Shown: positions 9,621 through 19,731, numbered from the stretch's first letter. The stretch: 59,186 nucleotides of DNA from an uncultured Thermomicrobiales bacterium (GCA_902806325.1 CADCWE010000225.1:1-59186); one strand, 5' to 3'. Numbers and translations: made by a program. The notes: generated by a model not told the origin, from the sequence alone.

Positions 9621-11060
9621 ATGCCCGTCGTTAGCCCGCTCACGCATCGCCGTGTCGATCTCGTGCCCACGCGCCCGGGCGTGGTTGCCGAAGTCTCGCC
9701 GTTCTCGCTCGCCGCCGAGCTGGGAATCGAGACCGGGGACCGGGTCGTCGCGGTCAACGGCGCCCCGCTCGACGACGCGCTGGACTTCCAGTTCCGCGCG
9801 CAGACCGAGGATGTCGCGCTTGACGTGGAGCGGGACGGCGCCGTGGTCCGCTACGAACTGGCGCTCGAAGGCGACGAGTTTTGGGGCATCACCTTCGCCG
9901 ATCCAACCTTTGACGGCGTCCGGGTCTGTGAGAACGCCTGTCCGTTCTGCTTCATCAAGCAGATCCCAAAAGGGATGCGGCGCTCGCTCTACGTGATGGA
10001 CGACGACTTCCGGTACTCGATGCTCTACGGCAGCTTCGTCACCCTGACCAATCTCAGCGAGGACGATTGGCGCCGGATCGAGGAGCAGCACATCAGCCCG
10101 CTACACGTCTCGGTCCACGCCACGGACCCCGAGCTGCGCGTCGCCCTGGTCGGGAACCCGAAGGCGGGCCGGATCATGGACGATCTGGCCCGCCTGGAAC
10201 GGCTGGGGATCGACTTCCACGCGCAGCTCGTGCTCTGCCCCGGCGTCAACGATGGCGCCCATCTGGACCGCAGCCTGCGCGATCTCTCGTCCTTCGGCGA
10301 CCGCTTGCTCTCCGTCGCGGGCGTTCCGGTCGGCCTGACCAAACACGGCCTGGAGCGGCAAAGCAAGCAGCTCCGCTTGTCCCGCACCTGCATGCGAACC
10401 TTGCCCGGCAACCAGGTCCAAATCCAGGTCCGTCGCTACGAGCGCCACGAGGCGGAAGCCGTGATCGCCCAAGCCGAGGCCTGGCAGGCGCGGTTCCGGC
10501 GCGAGCGCGGCGGCACGTTCTTTTTCCTCGGCGACGAGTTCTACTTGATGACCGGCCAGCCGGTGCCGCCGGAGTCCGCCTACGGCGGGTTCCCCCAGAT
10601 CGAAGACGGCATCGGGATCACGCGCCAGTTCCTGGTCCAGCTCGACCACTACCTTCGCCGCGCCCGTCCCGGCACCCTCACTGGAGCTCGCGGCACGGTC
10701 GCCTGTGGCACCCTGATCGGTCCGACGATGCGGGACGCGGTCGCCCGGTTTAACCGGGAGACCGGGGCATTGCTCGATGTCGTCCCGGTCGAGAATCGCT
10801 TCCTCGGCGCCGAGATCAACGTTTCGGGGTTGTTGACCGGCCACGATTTGCGCGCCGAGTTCGCCAACCGCCCACCGGACGGCCCACTCTACGTGTCGGA
10901 CCGGATGCTTTCGCGGCGCACCGGCACACTGCTCGACGACTCGACGTTGGACGATTTGGCGGTGGATTTGGGTCGCCCCGTGGTCGCGGCGGAGACGATG
11001 GCGGAGGTCGCGCGGGATTTGCGGGCGCGGACTCGGCGCACGCGGGCGCGGGCCGCTTGA
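9621..11060 (+). CDS. PDZ domain / radical SAM / DUF512 family protein
   Basis: PDZ-like N-terminus (GIETGDRVVAVNG), a CxxxCxxC cluster (CENACPFC), and a long conserved C-terminal region typical of DUF512 proteins. Confidence 0.85.
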   Translation: MPVVSPLTHRRVDLVPTRPGVVAEVSPFSLAAELGIETGDRVVAVNGAPLDDALDFQFRAQTEDVALDVERDGAVVRYELALEGDEFWGITFADPTFDGVRVCENACPFCFIKQIPKGMRRSLYVMDDDFRYSMLYGSFVTLTNLSEDDWRRIEEQHISPLHVSVHATDPELRVALVGNPKAGRIMDDLARLERLGIDFHAQLVLCPGVNDGAHLDRSLRDLSSFGDRLLSVAGVPVGLTKHGLERQSKQLRLSRTCMRTLPGNQVQIQVRRYERHEAEAVIAQAEAWQARFRRERGGTFFFLGDEFYLMTGQPVPPESAYGGFPQIEDGIGITRQFLVQLDHYLRRARPGTLTGARGTVACGTLIGPTMRDAVARFNRETGALLDVVPVENRFLGAEINVSGLLTGHDLRAEFANRPPDGPLYVSDRMLSRRTGTLLDDSTLDDLAVDLGRPVVAAETMAEVARDLRARTRRTRARAA

Positions 11061-11306
11061 TCGCGTAGGGTCCACGGCGGCGTTGTGGCCCGGGGCCGAA
11101 CCGCCCAGGGGGTACCCGGAGCCGAGCCGAAGCAGCGTTTTCGAGGCGAAGGACGAACAGGCAGGACCGCGTGGGCGTTCGGCAGATCATCGTCACGGAT
11201 TACTTGGCGTGGCGCCGGCCCTGTTCCAGCCCCGGAGGGACGTCGGCGGTTTAGCCCCGTCTGCCCTTTGGGCGGACCGGTTCCGAGCGTCCGGCCGGAA
11301 CGCCCA

Positions 11307-12239
11307 TCACCGCCGCACCAGCCGTCGCCCGATAAATCCCCCGACCTTGACGCCGAAGTGAACAACCGCCCGCACCAGGTCACCGGCGACAGCGCTCGGA
11401 CGGCGGCGGATCTCGTGCGCCGGGCGCTGGTAGGAGTGCATCCGCCAGAAAAGGAAAAGCGTCTCTTTCATCGCCCGTGCGATCACCCGCCACGAACCGC
11501 CGGTGGCAACCCCGGCAATCCGCGGGTAGTGGTTGACGCCAACCTGTTGGATGGTCGCGCCCTTGCGCCGGAGCTTGGCTTGCATCTCGGTGTTGATCAA
11601 GGCGCCGGGGGCGGTCAGCTCGATCGAGCGCAGCAAGTCGCCCCGGAAGACCTTGAATGCGCAATCAATGTCCCGCAGGTGGACCCCAAAGAGGACCCGG
11701 ACCACGACGTTAAAGATTTCGGCAAACACCCGGCGGTGGACCGGGTCGTTGCGCTCCTTGCGAAACCCGGCGACGACGTCGAAGCCGCCGACGAACGGGC
11801 TAAGCAGCGCCAGATCGGCGATATCGAACTGGCGATCGGCGTCCATGAACATCACGTAGTCGCCGGTGGCCTGACGAAACCCGGAGGTTAGCGCGCCGCC
11901 GTACCCTTTGTTGGTTGGGTGGTGGACGACCTTGACCTGGGGGTGGGCGGCGGACAGCTCCTCGACGATGCTCTTCGTCCGGTCCCGGCTTCCGTCGTCG
12001 ACGACGATGATCTCGAATTCGCTCGTGAAGGCGGGCAGCGTGGCCAACGCCCGCTCGACCACGACGCCGATGTTGGCTTCCTCGTTGTGGGCCGGCAGCA
12101 CCAGCGACAAGCTGCCGGGAATCCGGATTGGCTCAGCCGCCGGTGTTCGCGCCAGCGCCGGCACTTCCCTGATCGTCGCCGGCGCGGTGCCGTCGGCCGA
12201 CAGGGCGGTGGCGGCGGTCGGGGTTTGCATGGAGGGCAT
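11307..12239 (-). CDS. family 2 glycosyltransferase (Dpm1/polyprenol-phosphate glycosyltransferase-like)
   Basis: LSLVLPAHNEE..IIVVDDGSRD..FMDADRQ motifs. The start ATG overlaps the stop of the upstream VanW gene (TGATG). Confidence 0.85.
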   Translation of the reverse strand: MPSMQTPTAATALSADGTAPATIREVPALARTPAAEPIRIPGSLSLVLPAHNEEANIGVVVERALATLPAFTSEFEIIVVDDGSRDRTKSIVEELSAAHPQVKVVHHPTNKGYGGALTSGFRQATGDYVMFMDADRQFDIADLALLSPFVGGFDVVAGFRKERNDPVHRRVFAEIFNVVVRVLFGVHLRDIDCAFKVFRGDLLRSIELTAPGALINTEMQAKLRRKGATIQQVGVNHYPRIAGVATGGSWRVIARAMKETLFLFWRMHSYQRPAHEIRRRPSAVAGDLVRAVVHFGVKVGGFIGRRLVRR

Positions 12240-14158
12240 CAACCGGTGTAGTACGGGGACTGGAATTGCATGTCCGGGCTGACGCGCCAGACGTTCCCCC
12301 GCGACTTGAACCGGGTGTAGAACTGGCGACCATCTTCGACCAGCTCGCCGTCCGGTCCGACGACGGTCCTGGTGAACCAAACTTCCAGGCCTTCTTGCGG
12401 CGTTTCGGTGTGCTTGATCGTGCCGGGATCGAGCTTCTCGTCGACGACTTCCAGCCCCTCGCCCGGCGCCACGACCTCGCCCTCGGTGACGTCGCTGACC
12501 GTCACGTCGTAGCCAAGATCCGGCCCGTAGATGACCACCCAGACGCGGGCGCCGTCGGACCACGACTCGACCAGCATCCACGACTCGGACGGGTTGAGGA
12601 ACTTGAAGTTGCCGCCGGAGAACGGGTCGCCTTCCGGCTGCAGGATCGAGGCGTCGTAGCCCGGGCCCCAGCCGTCCCCCTCGTAGAAGTCCAGCCGGTA
12701 GTCGTGCGGCCACCACTCGGTGATCGGCAGGCCGGCCAGCAGCGCCGCCCGGAAGACCGTGGTCGAGACCTGGCAAATGCCGCCGCCAACGCCGCGGTCG
12801 ATCCGCTCGGCTTGGATCACGTTGGCCTCGACGAACCCCGCTTCGGCCGTGATCTCGCCAACGGCGTGGTGGAACGAGAACTCTTCGCCGGGAGCGATCA
12901 GGGTGTGGTTCATGAGGGCGGCGCCGACGTTGACGTTCTGCGCCCGCTCGGGGTTCGACGCCGAGTAGTTCGAATCGCCGGCGCCGAGGCGGGTGGTGAT
13001 GCCCAGATCGTCCAGCTTGTTGCTGTCGACGGCCGGTTGGAGAACCGTGATCGGAATCTCGACCGTTCCGTGGTCCCCGAAGAAACTGCTGCCGACCGCC
13101 TCGGCGAAGGCGCGTGGCATCAACTGGACGCCGGTTTCGCTGGCGTTGATGGCGACCGGACCGTCGTTCCACCCCACCTCGGCGTCGACCGGGTCGCGGT
13201 TGATCTCGGTCGCCAGGCGTTCCGTCAGCCAACCAGCCAGCGCCTGCTGGTCCAATGCGACGCTGTGCGCCTGCGCCCCGGTCATTCCCGGCGCGTAGGC
13301 TTGGGTGACGAACCTGCCCAGTTCGGCCGGGTCCAAGGTCCAGCTCTGCCCTTCGAACGACACAGGGACCGGTTTCGCGAGCGCCGCCTGGAGCCGCGCC
13401 TGGGCGTCGATGAGGTCGCCCGCGCGCACGGCGGCGATCCGCGCCAGGACCGGCAGCGGCTCGGCTATCGGCTGCATCGTTCGCAGCGCGGCGAGAACGC
13501 GCTCCCGGGCCAGCGTCCGGTCGACGATCGTGCCGTCGAGTTCCGGTTCGATCCGGACGGTCGCGCCTTCGATCGCGAGGTAGGCGTCGTGGGGCGGCAA
13601 ACCGAGATCGCCGTCGACCGTGTCGAACCAGGCGGTTAGGGCGGCCTCGTCCAACCGCATCCGCAGCGGAACGGCCCGATCTTTTTGGAGGAGATCGGCG
13701 GCCGACGACAACCGCTGCCAGGCGTCGTCCTCGCGCCCGACGGCATACGCTTCGTCCAGCGAAGCCTCGACGTTGACCGAGATGCCGAGATCGGCCAACG
13801 CCGGGGACCAGGTGCGATCCTGGTAGGTGAAGGTGACGGTACCCTGCTCGATCCCGGCGGCGCGTTCGGACAGCGCGGCGAGGGCGGCGTCCTTGGGCAG
13901 GCCACCGAGCGAGACGTCCGCGACGGCGATCGCCGGATAGACTTGGCCCTCGTAGCGGCTGCGCAACACGCCCAACGAGACCGCGATGAGCAGCAACGTG
14001 GCGGCGACGCCAAGGGCAACCCGCGGCAGCAACCGTTGCGCGCCCGGCAGAACCGATCCCAGATGGACCGACGAAGGATTCCACGACGGCCAGGCCAGCG
14101 AGCGCCCCCCGAAGGTTGGCAGTGAACGCTGAGAGAACAAGCCCTGGGCTGGTCGCAC
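12239..14158 (-). CDS. VanW/YoaR-family protein with an N-terminal TM anchor
   Basis: One TM segment (VALGVAATLLLIAVSLGVL), repeated PG_binding_4-like regions, and a VanW core (GGGICQVSTTVFRAALLAGLP). GTG start at 14158. Confidence 0.85.
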   Translation of the reverse strand: MRPAQGLFSQRSLPTFGGRSLAWPSWNPSSVHLGSVLPGAQRLLPRVALGVAATLLLIAVSLGVLRSRYEGQVYPAIAVADVSLGGLPKDAALAALSERAAGIEQGTVTFTYQDRTWSPALADLGISVNVEASLDEAYAVGREDDAWQRLSSAADLLQKDRAVPLRMRLDEAALTAWFDTVDGDLGLPPHDAYLAIEGATVRIEPELDGTIVDRTLARERVLAALRTMQPIAEPLPVLARIAAVRAGDLIDAQARLQAALAKPVPVSFEGQSWTLDPAELGRFVTQAYAPGMTGAQAHSVALDQQALAGWLTERLATEINRDPVDAEVGWNDGPVAINASETGVQLMPRAFAEAVGSSFFGDHGTVEIPITVLQPAVDSNKLDDLGITTRLGAGDSNYSASNPERAQNVNVGAALMNHTLIAPGEEFSFHHAVGEITAEAGFVEANVIQAERIDRGVGGGICQVSTTVFRAALLAGLPITEWWPHDYRLDFYEGDGWGPGYDASILQPEGDPFSGGNFKFLNPSESWMLVESWSDGARVWVVIYGPDLGYDVTVSDVTEGEVVAPGEGLEVVDEKLDPGTIKHTETPQEGLEVWFTRTVVGPDGELVEDGRQFYTRFKSRGNVWRVSPDMQFQSPYYTG

Positions 14159-14254
14159 GCTGATCGTCCCCTCGACGCGGTCACCGGCAGGGTCAAAACG
14201 CGGAATGGCGGCCTGGCGTGGGCGTTCGAACCGTGCCCACCGCCCTCCGGGGGT

Positions 14255-14716
14255 CTAAGGCACGAACTGCAGTTTGACGCGGCCAAATTGTACGATATCT
14301 CCCGGTTTCACGCCGGTCGGTACCCGCACCCCTTGGCCGTTGACGAAGGTGCCATTGGTACTGCCGAGATCCCGGACCCACCACCGACCGTTCTCGATGG
14401 CCAGCTCGGCGTGCTCGCCGGAGACGAACGGCTCGTCGATCTCGACCGTGCAGTCCCGGTGCCGCCCGACCAACGAGATCGGTCGGAGCAGAAACGTGGT
14501 CCCCGGCCCGAGCGCCGACTCGCCCCCGTCGACGATGACCAACCGCCCGGACGGGTGACCGGTCGGTGCGGGCGCCGGCGGGGCGGCGCTGGCCGCGAGG
14601 GCCGTCAGCTCCCGGGTGGTCACCCTGACCACCTGGTAGAGGAAGAAGTAGAGCAGGAACACGAACAGGACCCGCAAGAGCAGGATGAACCAATCGAACG
14701 ACAGGCTGTCGATCAT
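14255..14716 (-). CDS. membrane-anchored FHA-domain protein (FhaB-like)
   Basis: N-terminal TM segment, Pro/Ala linker, and a C-terminal FHA domain (GR..DCTVEI..VSGEHA..DLGSTNGTFVNG). Confidence 0.85.
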   Translation of the reverse strand: MIDSLSFDWFILLLRVLFVFLLYFFLYQVVRVTTRELTALAASAAPPAPAPTGHPSGRLVIVDGGESALGPGTTFLLRPISLVGRHRDCTVEIDEPFVSGEHAELAIENGRWWVRDLGSTNGTFVNGQGVRVPTGVKPGDIVQFGRVKLQFVP

Positions 14717-14792
14717 GGCGAAACGCCGGACCTTTCCCGCCGCGCGCCCGGCGGCTCCCGCGGTGGTCGCGATCGTGAACCCGGACCCGGTG

Positions 14793-15548
14793 TCAACCGG
14801 CGGCGGGATCGAACGGCAAGACCTGGACCGAGAGGGTGCCGAAGGTCACCTCGTCGCCGGCGGCGACCGGGTGCGCGCGGACGGAGCGACCGTTGACCCG
14901 GGTGCCGTTGGTCGAGTTCAGGTCCACCACCCGCATCTGGGCGTCGGCGAACTCGATCCGGGCGTGGTGGCGCGAAACGTCCCCGGATTCGAGCACGATG
15001 TCGTTGTCGAGCGCCCGCCCGACGGTCGTCACCGGTTTACGGACCAGCATCTCCTCGCCGCGCTGGGGTCCGTCGACGAACTTGATCCGTAGCGGTGGGA
15101 TGCCGGTCGTTTCCCGGATCACCCGGTAGACCTCGGTCCGCTGGACCGCGTCCTGCTGGTCGACGCCCATCTCTGGCCGGTCGGCGATCGCCGCCGTGAC
15201 CTGGATCGCGCGCCGGGGAACTCCGGCGTCGCCGGCAATCTGGACCCGGACCCGGTCGATCAAGGTGAAGGAACGGTCGGTCGCCAGTTCGGTCAGCCAG
15301 GCTTCCATCTGACGGCAGAGACCGGTTACGTAGTCGACGAACAGCACCATGTCTTGGGGGTGCATCGCGACCCGGTAGTCGTTCGGGACCAGGGTGGCGT
15401 CGACGGAGGTGACCTGGTTCGAGACCATCGCCCGCTCGAGTTTGCGTCCGATCTCGGCGGGCTGGATCGGGCTGCGGAACAAGCGCCCGATGGAGCCTTC
15501 CATTAGGCGCTCGAACGACTGCTCGAACCGGTCGAGAAGGTTGACCAC
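14793..15548 (-). CDS. FhaA-like protein (DUF3662 N-domain plus C-terminal FHA)
   Basis: LLDRFEQSFERLMEG N-terminus as in FhaA. FHA domain (GRALDNDIVL..VSRHHARI..DLNSTNGTRVNG). GTG 15548 is preferred; the TTG at 15587 is an alternative start. Confidence 0.8.
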   Translation of the reverse strand: MVNLLDRFEQSFERLMEGSIGRLFRSPIQPAEIGRKLERAMVSNQVTSVDATLVPNDYRVAMHPQDMVLFVDYVTGLCRQMEAWLTELATDRSFTLIDRVRVQIAGDAGVPRRAIQVTAAIADRPEMGVDQQDAVQRTEVYRVIRETTGIPPLRIKFVDGPQRGEEMLVRKPVTTVGRALDNDIVLESGDVSRHHARIEFADAQMRVVDLNSTNGTRVNGRSVRAHPVAAGDEVTFGTLSVQVLPFDPAAG

Positions 15549-15645
15549 GCCGCACCCCGCCCCTGGCTCCGTTCGCCCCGACCACAAGCCGCGCCGAAGG
15601 CCCGAGCGGACCCATTATAGGGTGCCCGAAAGGGGGGCAACGCAC

Positions 15646-16551
15646 TCAAGCGGCCCCTTCCTCCCGATCGAAGCGGAGAAAACCGTCCCGCTGCCGGGAC
15701 ACAATTCGATCCAGCAATCGCGTCGCGGCATAGAGTTCCAGCGCGAACGGCAAGTACCCGCCGTAGCCGAGGATTGGCATCTCGAACACCCGGAACCAGC
15801 CCACGTATGGGACCTCGTACCGCCACTTCGGCATCGACCAGTAGTTCCACATCTCCCAGAAGAAGCCGCAGGTGAGGCCGGCCGCGAAAAGGACCCAGAC
15901 CGTCGTCCACGATCCCTTGGCGACCCGCGCCGCGATGCTCTCGCCGCCGGTCAGGGCGTTGTACGGGTCGATGACGAAAAACACCGACAGCCAGACCAGC
16001 GGGAACGCCTGGCGCGGGAACAGGACGGTCAGGACCACCATCGCCCCGCCGAGCAGCATCAACGCGAGCAGCCCGCGACGACCCGGATCGATCCGCCACC
16101 AGCGCTTCGTCCGGGCAAAGATTGGCAGCGACCGGTAGAACTCCGCCGTCTCGAACACCGCCGGGACCACGGTCGAGAACGCCAGCGAGGCCAACCCCGC
16201 GTAGGCCAGCGGGCCGTAGTCGCTGGCCATCGCGTAGCGCCAGTTCCCGACCACTCTGTTGATGCCCTCGAACGCCCACCAGAACGCCAGCGAGTACCCG
16301 AACAGGAGCGCGAACCGGGCAGGATTCCGGGTCAGGAGCGACGTCCGCGTTCGCCGCCAGACGATTCCGTCCACCGTCAGGATGTAGCCGAGCCAGAGCG
16401 GGAAGAAGGTGTACTCGGAGTACGGCGCCGGTCCGAACCAAGCGGTCGGCCAGGCGACGGCGAGCAGGACCAAACCGATCGGCAGTTGGCTGGGCCACTC
16501 GGAGGTCGAGTCGGAACGGGGCGTGGATCGGGCGTGGCTTCGGGCTTGCAT
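15646..16551 (-). CDS. polytopic membrane protein, family not recognised
   Basis: 301 aa with about 8 hydrophobic segments, rich in Trp/Tyr (FFWEMWNYWSMPKWRYEVPYVGWF). Coding-like composition. Confidence 0.7.
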   Translation of the reverse strand: MQARSHARSTPRSDSTSEWPSQLPIGLVLLAVAWPTAWFGPAPYSEYTFFPLWLGYILTVDGIVWRRTRTSLLTRNPARFALLFGYSLAFWWAFEGINRVVGNWRYAMASDYGPLAYAGLASLAFSTVVPAVFETAEFYRSLPIFARTKRWWRIDPGRRGLLALMLLGGAMVVLTVLFPRQAFPLVWLSVFFVIDPYNALTGGESIAARVAKGSWTTVWVLFAAGLTCGFFWEMWNYWSMPKWRYEVPYVGWFRVFEMPILGYGGYLPFALELYAATRLLDRIVSRQRDGFLRFDREEGAA

Positions 16552-16674
16552 GAGGTCCTTTGCGGGCGATGGGGGCCGAATGCCGGCGATCGCGATGGCC
16601 GCTCGCGTGACCGATCAACGAGGTCCACAGTCTGCCACATCTTTGTCGTTCGGCGAAAACCGCGGCTCCGGCTC

Positions 16675-16683
16675 TGGTAGCAT
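16675..16683 (+). promoter_or_regulatory. candidate extended -10 (TGGTAGCAT) for rpe
   Basis: The motif lies about 40 nt upstream of the GTG at 16724. Confidence 0.3.
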
Positions 16684-16723
16684 CCGTTCCCAGCGGGCAA
16701 CGGCGGGCGACGAGGGCAAGAGC

Positions 16724-17422
16724 GTGGACCACCTGCGACTGACCATCGGGCCGTCCATCCTGACGGCGGATTTCCTGCGCCTGGGCGAGCAGATCGCCGC
16801 CGCCGAAGCGGCCGGGATCGACTTTGTCCACGTCGACGTGATGGACGGCCGGTTCGTGCCCAACATCTCGATCGGCTTGCCGGTGCTGGAAGCGGTCCGC
16901 GCCGCGGCCGGGCTGCCGGTCGACGTCCACCTGATGATCGTCGAGCCGGAGCGCTACGTCGAGCGGTTCGTCGCCGCCGGCGCCGATCTGGTCACCGTCC
17001 ACGTCGAGGCCACGCCCCACCTCCACGGGACCCTGCGGATGATCGAGGAGGCCGGCGCCGCCCCGAGCGTCACCCTCAACCCAGCGACCTCGCTGAGCGC
17101 GATCGAGGAGGTGCTGCCGCTGGTGCGCCAGGTCCTGGTGATGGGCGTCAACCCGGGGTTCGGCGGGCAGAGTTTCATCCCCGCCGCGCTCGGGAAGATC
17201 GCCCGGTTGCGGGCGATGCTGGACGCGGTCAACCCGACCTGCCGGATCGAGGTCGACGGCGGCGTCAAACCGGGCAACATCCGTCGCATTGCCGACGCCG
17301 GGGCGGATACGTTCGTCGTCGGCTCGGCGATCTACGCCCCGGGCCGCGACGTCGCCGCGGCGGTGGCCGAGGTCCGCCGCGCGCTTGACGGCCCCGCGGC
17401 CGCCGCCTCCGTTTCGGCCTGA
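16724..17422 (+). CDS. rpe: ribulose-phosphate 3-epimerase
   Basis: PSILTADF..HVDVMDGRFVPN..MGVNPGFGGQ..DGG motifs. GTG 16724 was chosen within the longer ORF 16409-17422. Confidence 0.9.
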   Translation: MDHLRLTIGPSILTADFLRLGEQIAAAEAAGIDFVHVDVMDGRFVPNISIGLPVLEAVRAAAGLPVDVHLMIVEPERYVERFVAAGADLVTVHVEATPHLHGTLRMIEEAGAAPSVTLNPATSLSAIEEVLPLVRQVLVMGVNPGFGGQSFIPAALGKIARLRAMLDAVNPTCRIEVDGGVKPGNIRRIADAGADTFVVGSAIYAPGRDVAAAVAEVRRALDGPAAAASVSA

Positions 17423-18999
17423 TCGCCGCCGGGGCCGCGCAGTAACCAGACCGGGATCATCGCCAGCAGGGCCAGCACCGCCGCGAGGAGAAACGTTTCC
17501 CGCACCACCTGGACGCTGAGCGGGATCGCCCGCTCCTGGATGAAGGCGACCTGGCGGGCGAGAAACAGCGCGGTCGATTCACCCGGTTGCTGGATCACGG
17601 GCTCGACCCGCTCGGTGAGCACCTGCAACCGCCGCACTCCGACCGCGGTCAGGACCGAGATCCCGATCGTCATCCCCAGCAGGCGAAAGACCAGCGTCAG
17701 CGAGGCCGCGATCCCTCGGTCCGCCGCCGGCGCGGCGTCGATCACGCTGGCCCCGATCGGCGCGATCACGAGACCGAACCCGGCGCCGGCGATCGCCAAC
17801 CCCGGCACCATACCGATCAGCTCCTCGCCGCGGAGGCCGACCCAGAGCGCGACGTAGCCGAGCGAAACCAGCAGCAGGCCCGTCCCCGCCGTCGCCCGTT
17901 CCCCCCGCCGCCCGGCGATCATCCCGCCCAGAAACGACAGCGCCGCCATCAGCAGCGTGAACGGCGCCAGGAGGAGTGCGCTGGAGGTGCTGATCCGATC
18001 TTGGGCAACCAGCAGCGCGACCGCCACCGGCACGTCGACCATCGCCACGATTAAGGCCGCCCCGACGACGAAATTCGCCGCCACCGCCGCCGAGAACCGC
18101 CGGTTCCGGAACAGACCGAGCGGCAGAACTGGCGCCCGCGCCCGCCCTTCCCACCAGACGAACAGCGCTCCCGTCACCGCCGCCCCGATCAAGAGCGGCG
18201 TCAGGTACGGCGCCAGCGGGTTGGCCGTGCCGCCCAAGGCCCGCAGCCCGCTGCCGGAGGTCGACCCCAGTTCCCCCCCGGACGCCAGCCCAAGGTTTAA
18301 CAGCACCAACGCCGTTGCCAGCAGCAGGGTGCCGAGCAGGTCCAAACGGCGCCAGGACCCTTCGCGGCGCCCGAGGACCGCGCCCGGCTGCTCCCCGCCC
18401 ATCACTTTGGCGGCGCGAGCGATGGCGACCGACGCCACAATGCCGAGCGGCAGGTTGACGGCAAAGACCCATCGCCACGGTTCGTCCAGGCGGCTGAGGA
18501 GACCGACCACGGCGGCGCCCCAGAGCGGTCCCAGCACCCAGCCCAGCGTGTCGACCGCCCCGACCAACCCGAGCGCCGCCACCCGCCGCCCCGGCGGCAA
18601 CAGATCCCCGACCAACGCCATTGTCACCGGCAGCAGGGCGCCACCGCCAGCGCCTTGGATCGCGCGGCCGATGATCAAGGGAACAAGCCCGTCCGCCAGC
18701 GCGCACCAGACCGATCCGACCAAAAACACCGCCAGCGAGAGCTGGAACGCGACCGGCCGCCCGATCACGTCGGAGACGCGGCCGACGATTGGAATCGCGA
18801 CGACGTAGGCGATCAGGTAGCCGTTGACGATCCAGATGTAGCGGTCGACGTCGGCGGTGTTGATCTCCAGATCGTAGATCACCCGCGGCAGGATCGTCGC
18901 GATCACCGTCAGGTCAAGGGCGCCGACGAAGACCGCGACCAGCGCCGCCACCAGCGGACGCCGGGCAATGGACCGGTCGGCGACGGGCCGATCGCTCAC
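17332..18999 (-). CDS. 14-TMS MFS transporter (DHA2/EmrB-P55-like)
   Basis: 555 aa with the MFS motifs GRVSDVIGRP and GRAIQGAGGGALLP. Its 3' end overlaps the rpe 3' end by 91 nt (convergent genes). Confidence 0.9.
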   Translation of the reverse strand: MSDRPVADRSIARRPLVAALVAVFVGALDLTVIATILPRVIYDLEINTADVDRYIWIVNGYLIAYVVAIPIVGRVSDVIGRPVAFQLSLAVFLVGSVWCALADGLVPLIIGRAIQGAGGGALLPVTMALVGDLLPPGRRVAALGLVGAVDTLGWVLGPLWGAAVVGLLSRLDEPWRWVFAVNLPLGIVASVAIARAAKVMGGEQPGAVLGRREGSWRRLDLLGTLLLATALVLLNLGLASGGELGSTSGSGLRALGGTANPLAPYLTPLLIGAAVTGALFVWWEGRARAPVLPLGLFRNRRFSAAVAANFVVGAALIVAMVDVPVAVALLVAQDRISTSSALLLAPFTLLMAALSFLGGMIAGRRGERATAGTGLLLVSLGYVALWVGLRGEELIGMVPGLAIAGAGFGLVIAPIGASVIDAAPAADRGIAASLTLVFRLLGMTIGISVLTAVGVRRLQVLTERVEPVIQQPGESTALFLARQVAFIQERAIPLSVQVVRETFLLAAVLALLAMIPVWLLRGPGGDQAETEAAAAGPSSARRTSATAAATSRPGA

Positions 19000-19008
19000 G
19001 GTTGCGGC

Positions 19009-19731
19009 CTACCCTTCTTCGGGGGCTTCGATCTTGACGGTTCGGTCGTGGTCAGAGATGGTCAAGATCCAGGTGGCGGGGTTCTCGACGCCCTCCGACT
19101 CCGGCTCGACGAGTTTGGCCCGCAGCAGGTCGTTCGTCTTTCGGTCCACCCACAACTCGACCGCGACCGGTGAGCCTTTCATCGTGCCCGCGGTCAATCC
19201 CTCGATGATGGATTGCTCGACGATCGCCTTGACGTGGTAGGCATCGCGGTCGTCGACCTCCTCGTCATCCTCGCGGCTGGCTTCGGTCACCTTGCCCATC
19301 ACCGGACCGAGACCTTCCTCGCCGTCGAAAAGGATCGAGGGGTCGTAGCCGAACTCTTCCGGGGCCGCTTCCCAATTGCCGGTCAGCAGGTTGGTGGTCC
19401 AAGACTCCTCGCCAATGGTGATCAGCTCGATCGTCGCGGTCGCGGTGCCGAGCAGCTTCGCCTTGAACGTGGTCGACACCCGGTCCGGCCGCAGCAGGTC
19501 GCCCTCGGCCTCCAGCAGTTGGATCGTCTTGTTGTCGTCAATGAACGTCTCGCCCTCGATCTCCAGATCGAAGTGCACGCTCTTGGTCTCCGCCAAGCGT
19601 TTGCTGGCCTCGGCCAAAATGGCGGTCGCCGTCGGCTCGTCGCCGGCGCGGGCGGACGGGCCATTAACCGTCCCTACCGGGATGAGCAGCGCCGCCAGCA
19701 GCGCGGCGGTCAATCGGGGAAGCGCGCGCAT
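19009..19731 (-). CDS. LppX/LprAFG-family (LprG-like) secreted lipid-binding protein
   Basis: Signal peptide (MRALPRLTAALLAALLIPVG) with no lipobox Cys. The body resembles the LprG fold family (SVHFDLEIEGE..., ...VELWVD). It ends 9 nt upstream of the MFS start. Confidence 0.7.
   Translation of the reverse strand: MRALPRLTAALLAALLIPVGTVNGPSARAGDEPTATAILAEASKRLAETKSVHFDLEIEGETFIDDNKTIQLLEAEGDLLRPDRVSTTFKAKLLGTATATIELITIGEESWTTNLLTGNWEAAPEEFGYDPSILFDGEEGLGPVMGKVTEASREDDEEVDDRDAYHVKAIVEQSIIEGLTAGTMKGSPVAVELWVDRKTNDLLRAKLVEPESEGVENPATWILTISDHDRTVKIEAPEEG

Noticed and set aside
14221-14232. GTTCGAA (T-loop-like) sequence in the vanW-fhaB gap, considered as a possible tRNA.
   Set aside because: The flanking bases do not form a T-arm, and no acceptor or anticodon arms can be drawn. 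No other tRNA-like signature was seen in the window.
17332-17422. A 91-nt overlap of the convergent rpe and MFS 3' ends, considered as a possible antisense regulatory arrangement or mis-annotation.
   Set aside because: Both overlapping tails are low-complexity Ala/Pro/Ser-rich extensions beyond the conserved cores. One or both true stops are unaffected, so it is most simply a benign tail overlap. It is mentioned in the feature evidence only.
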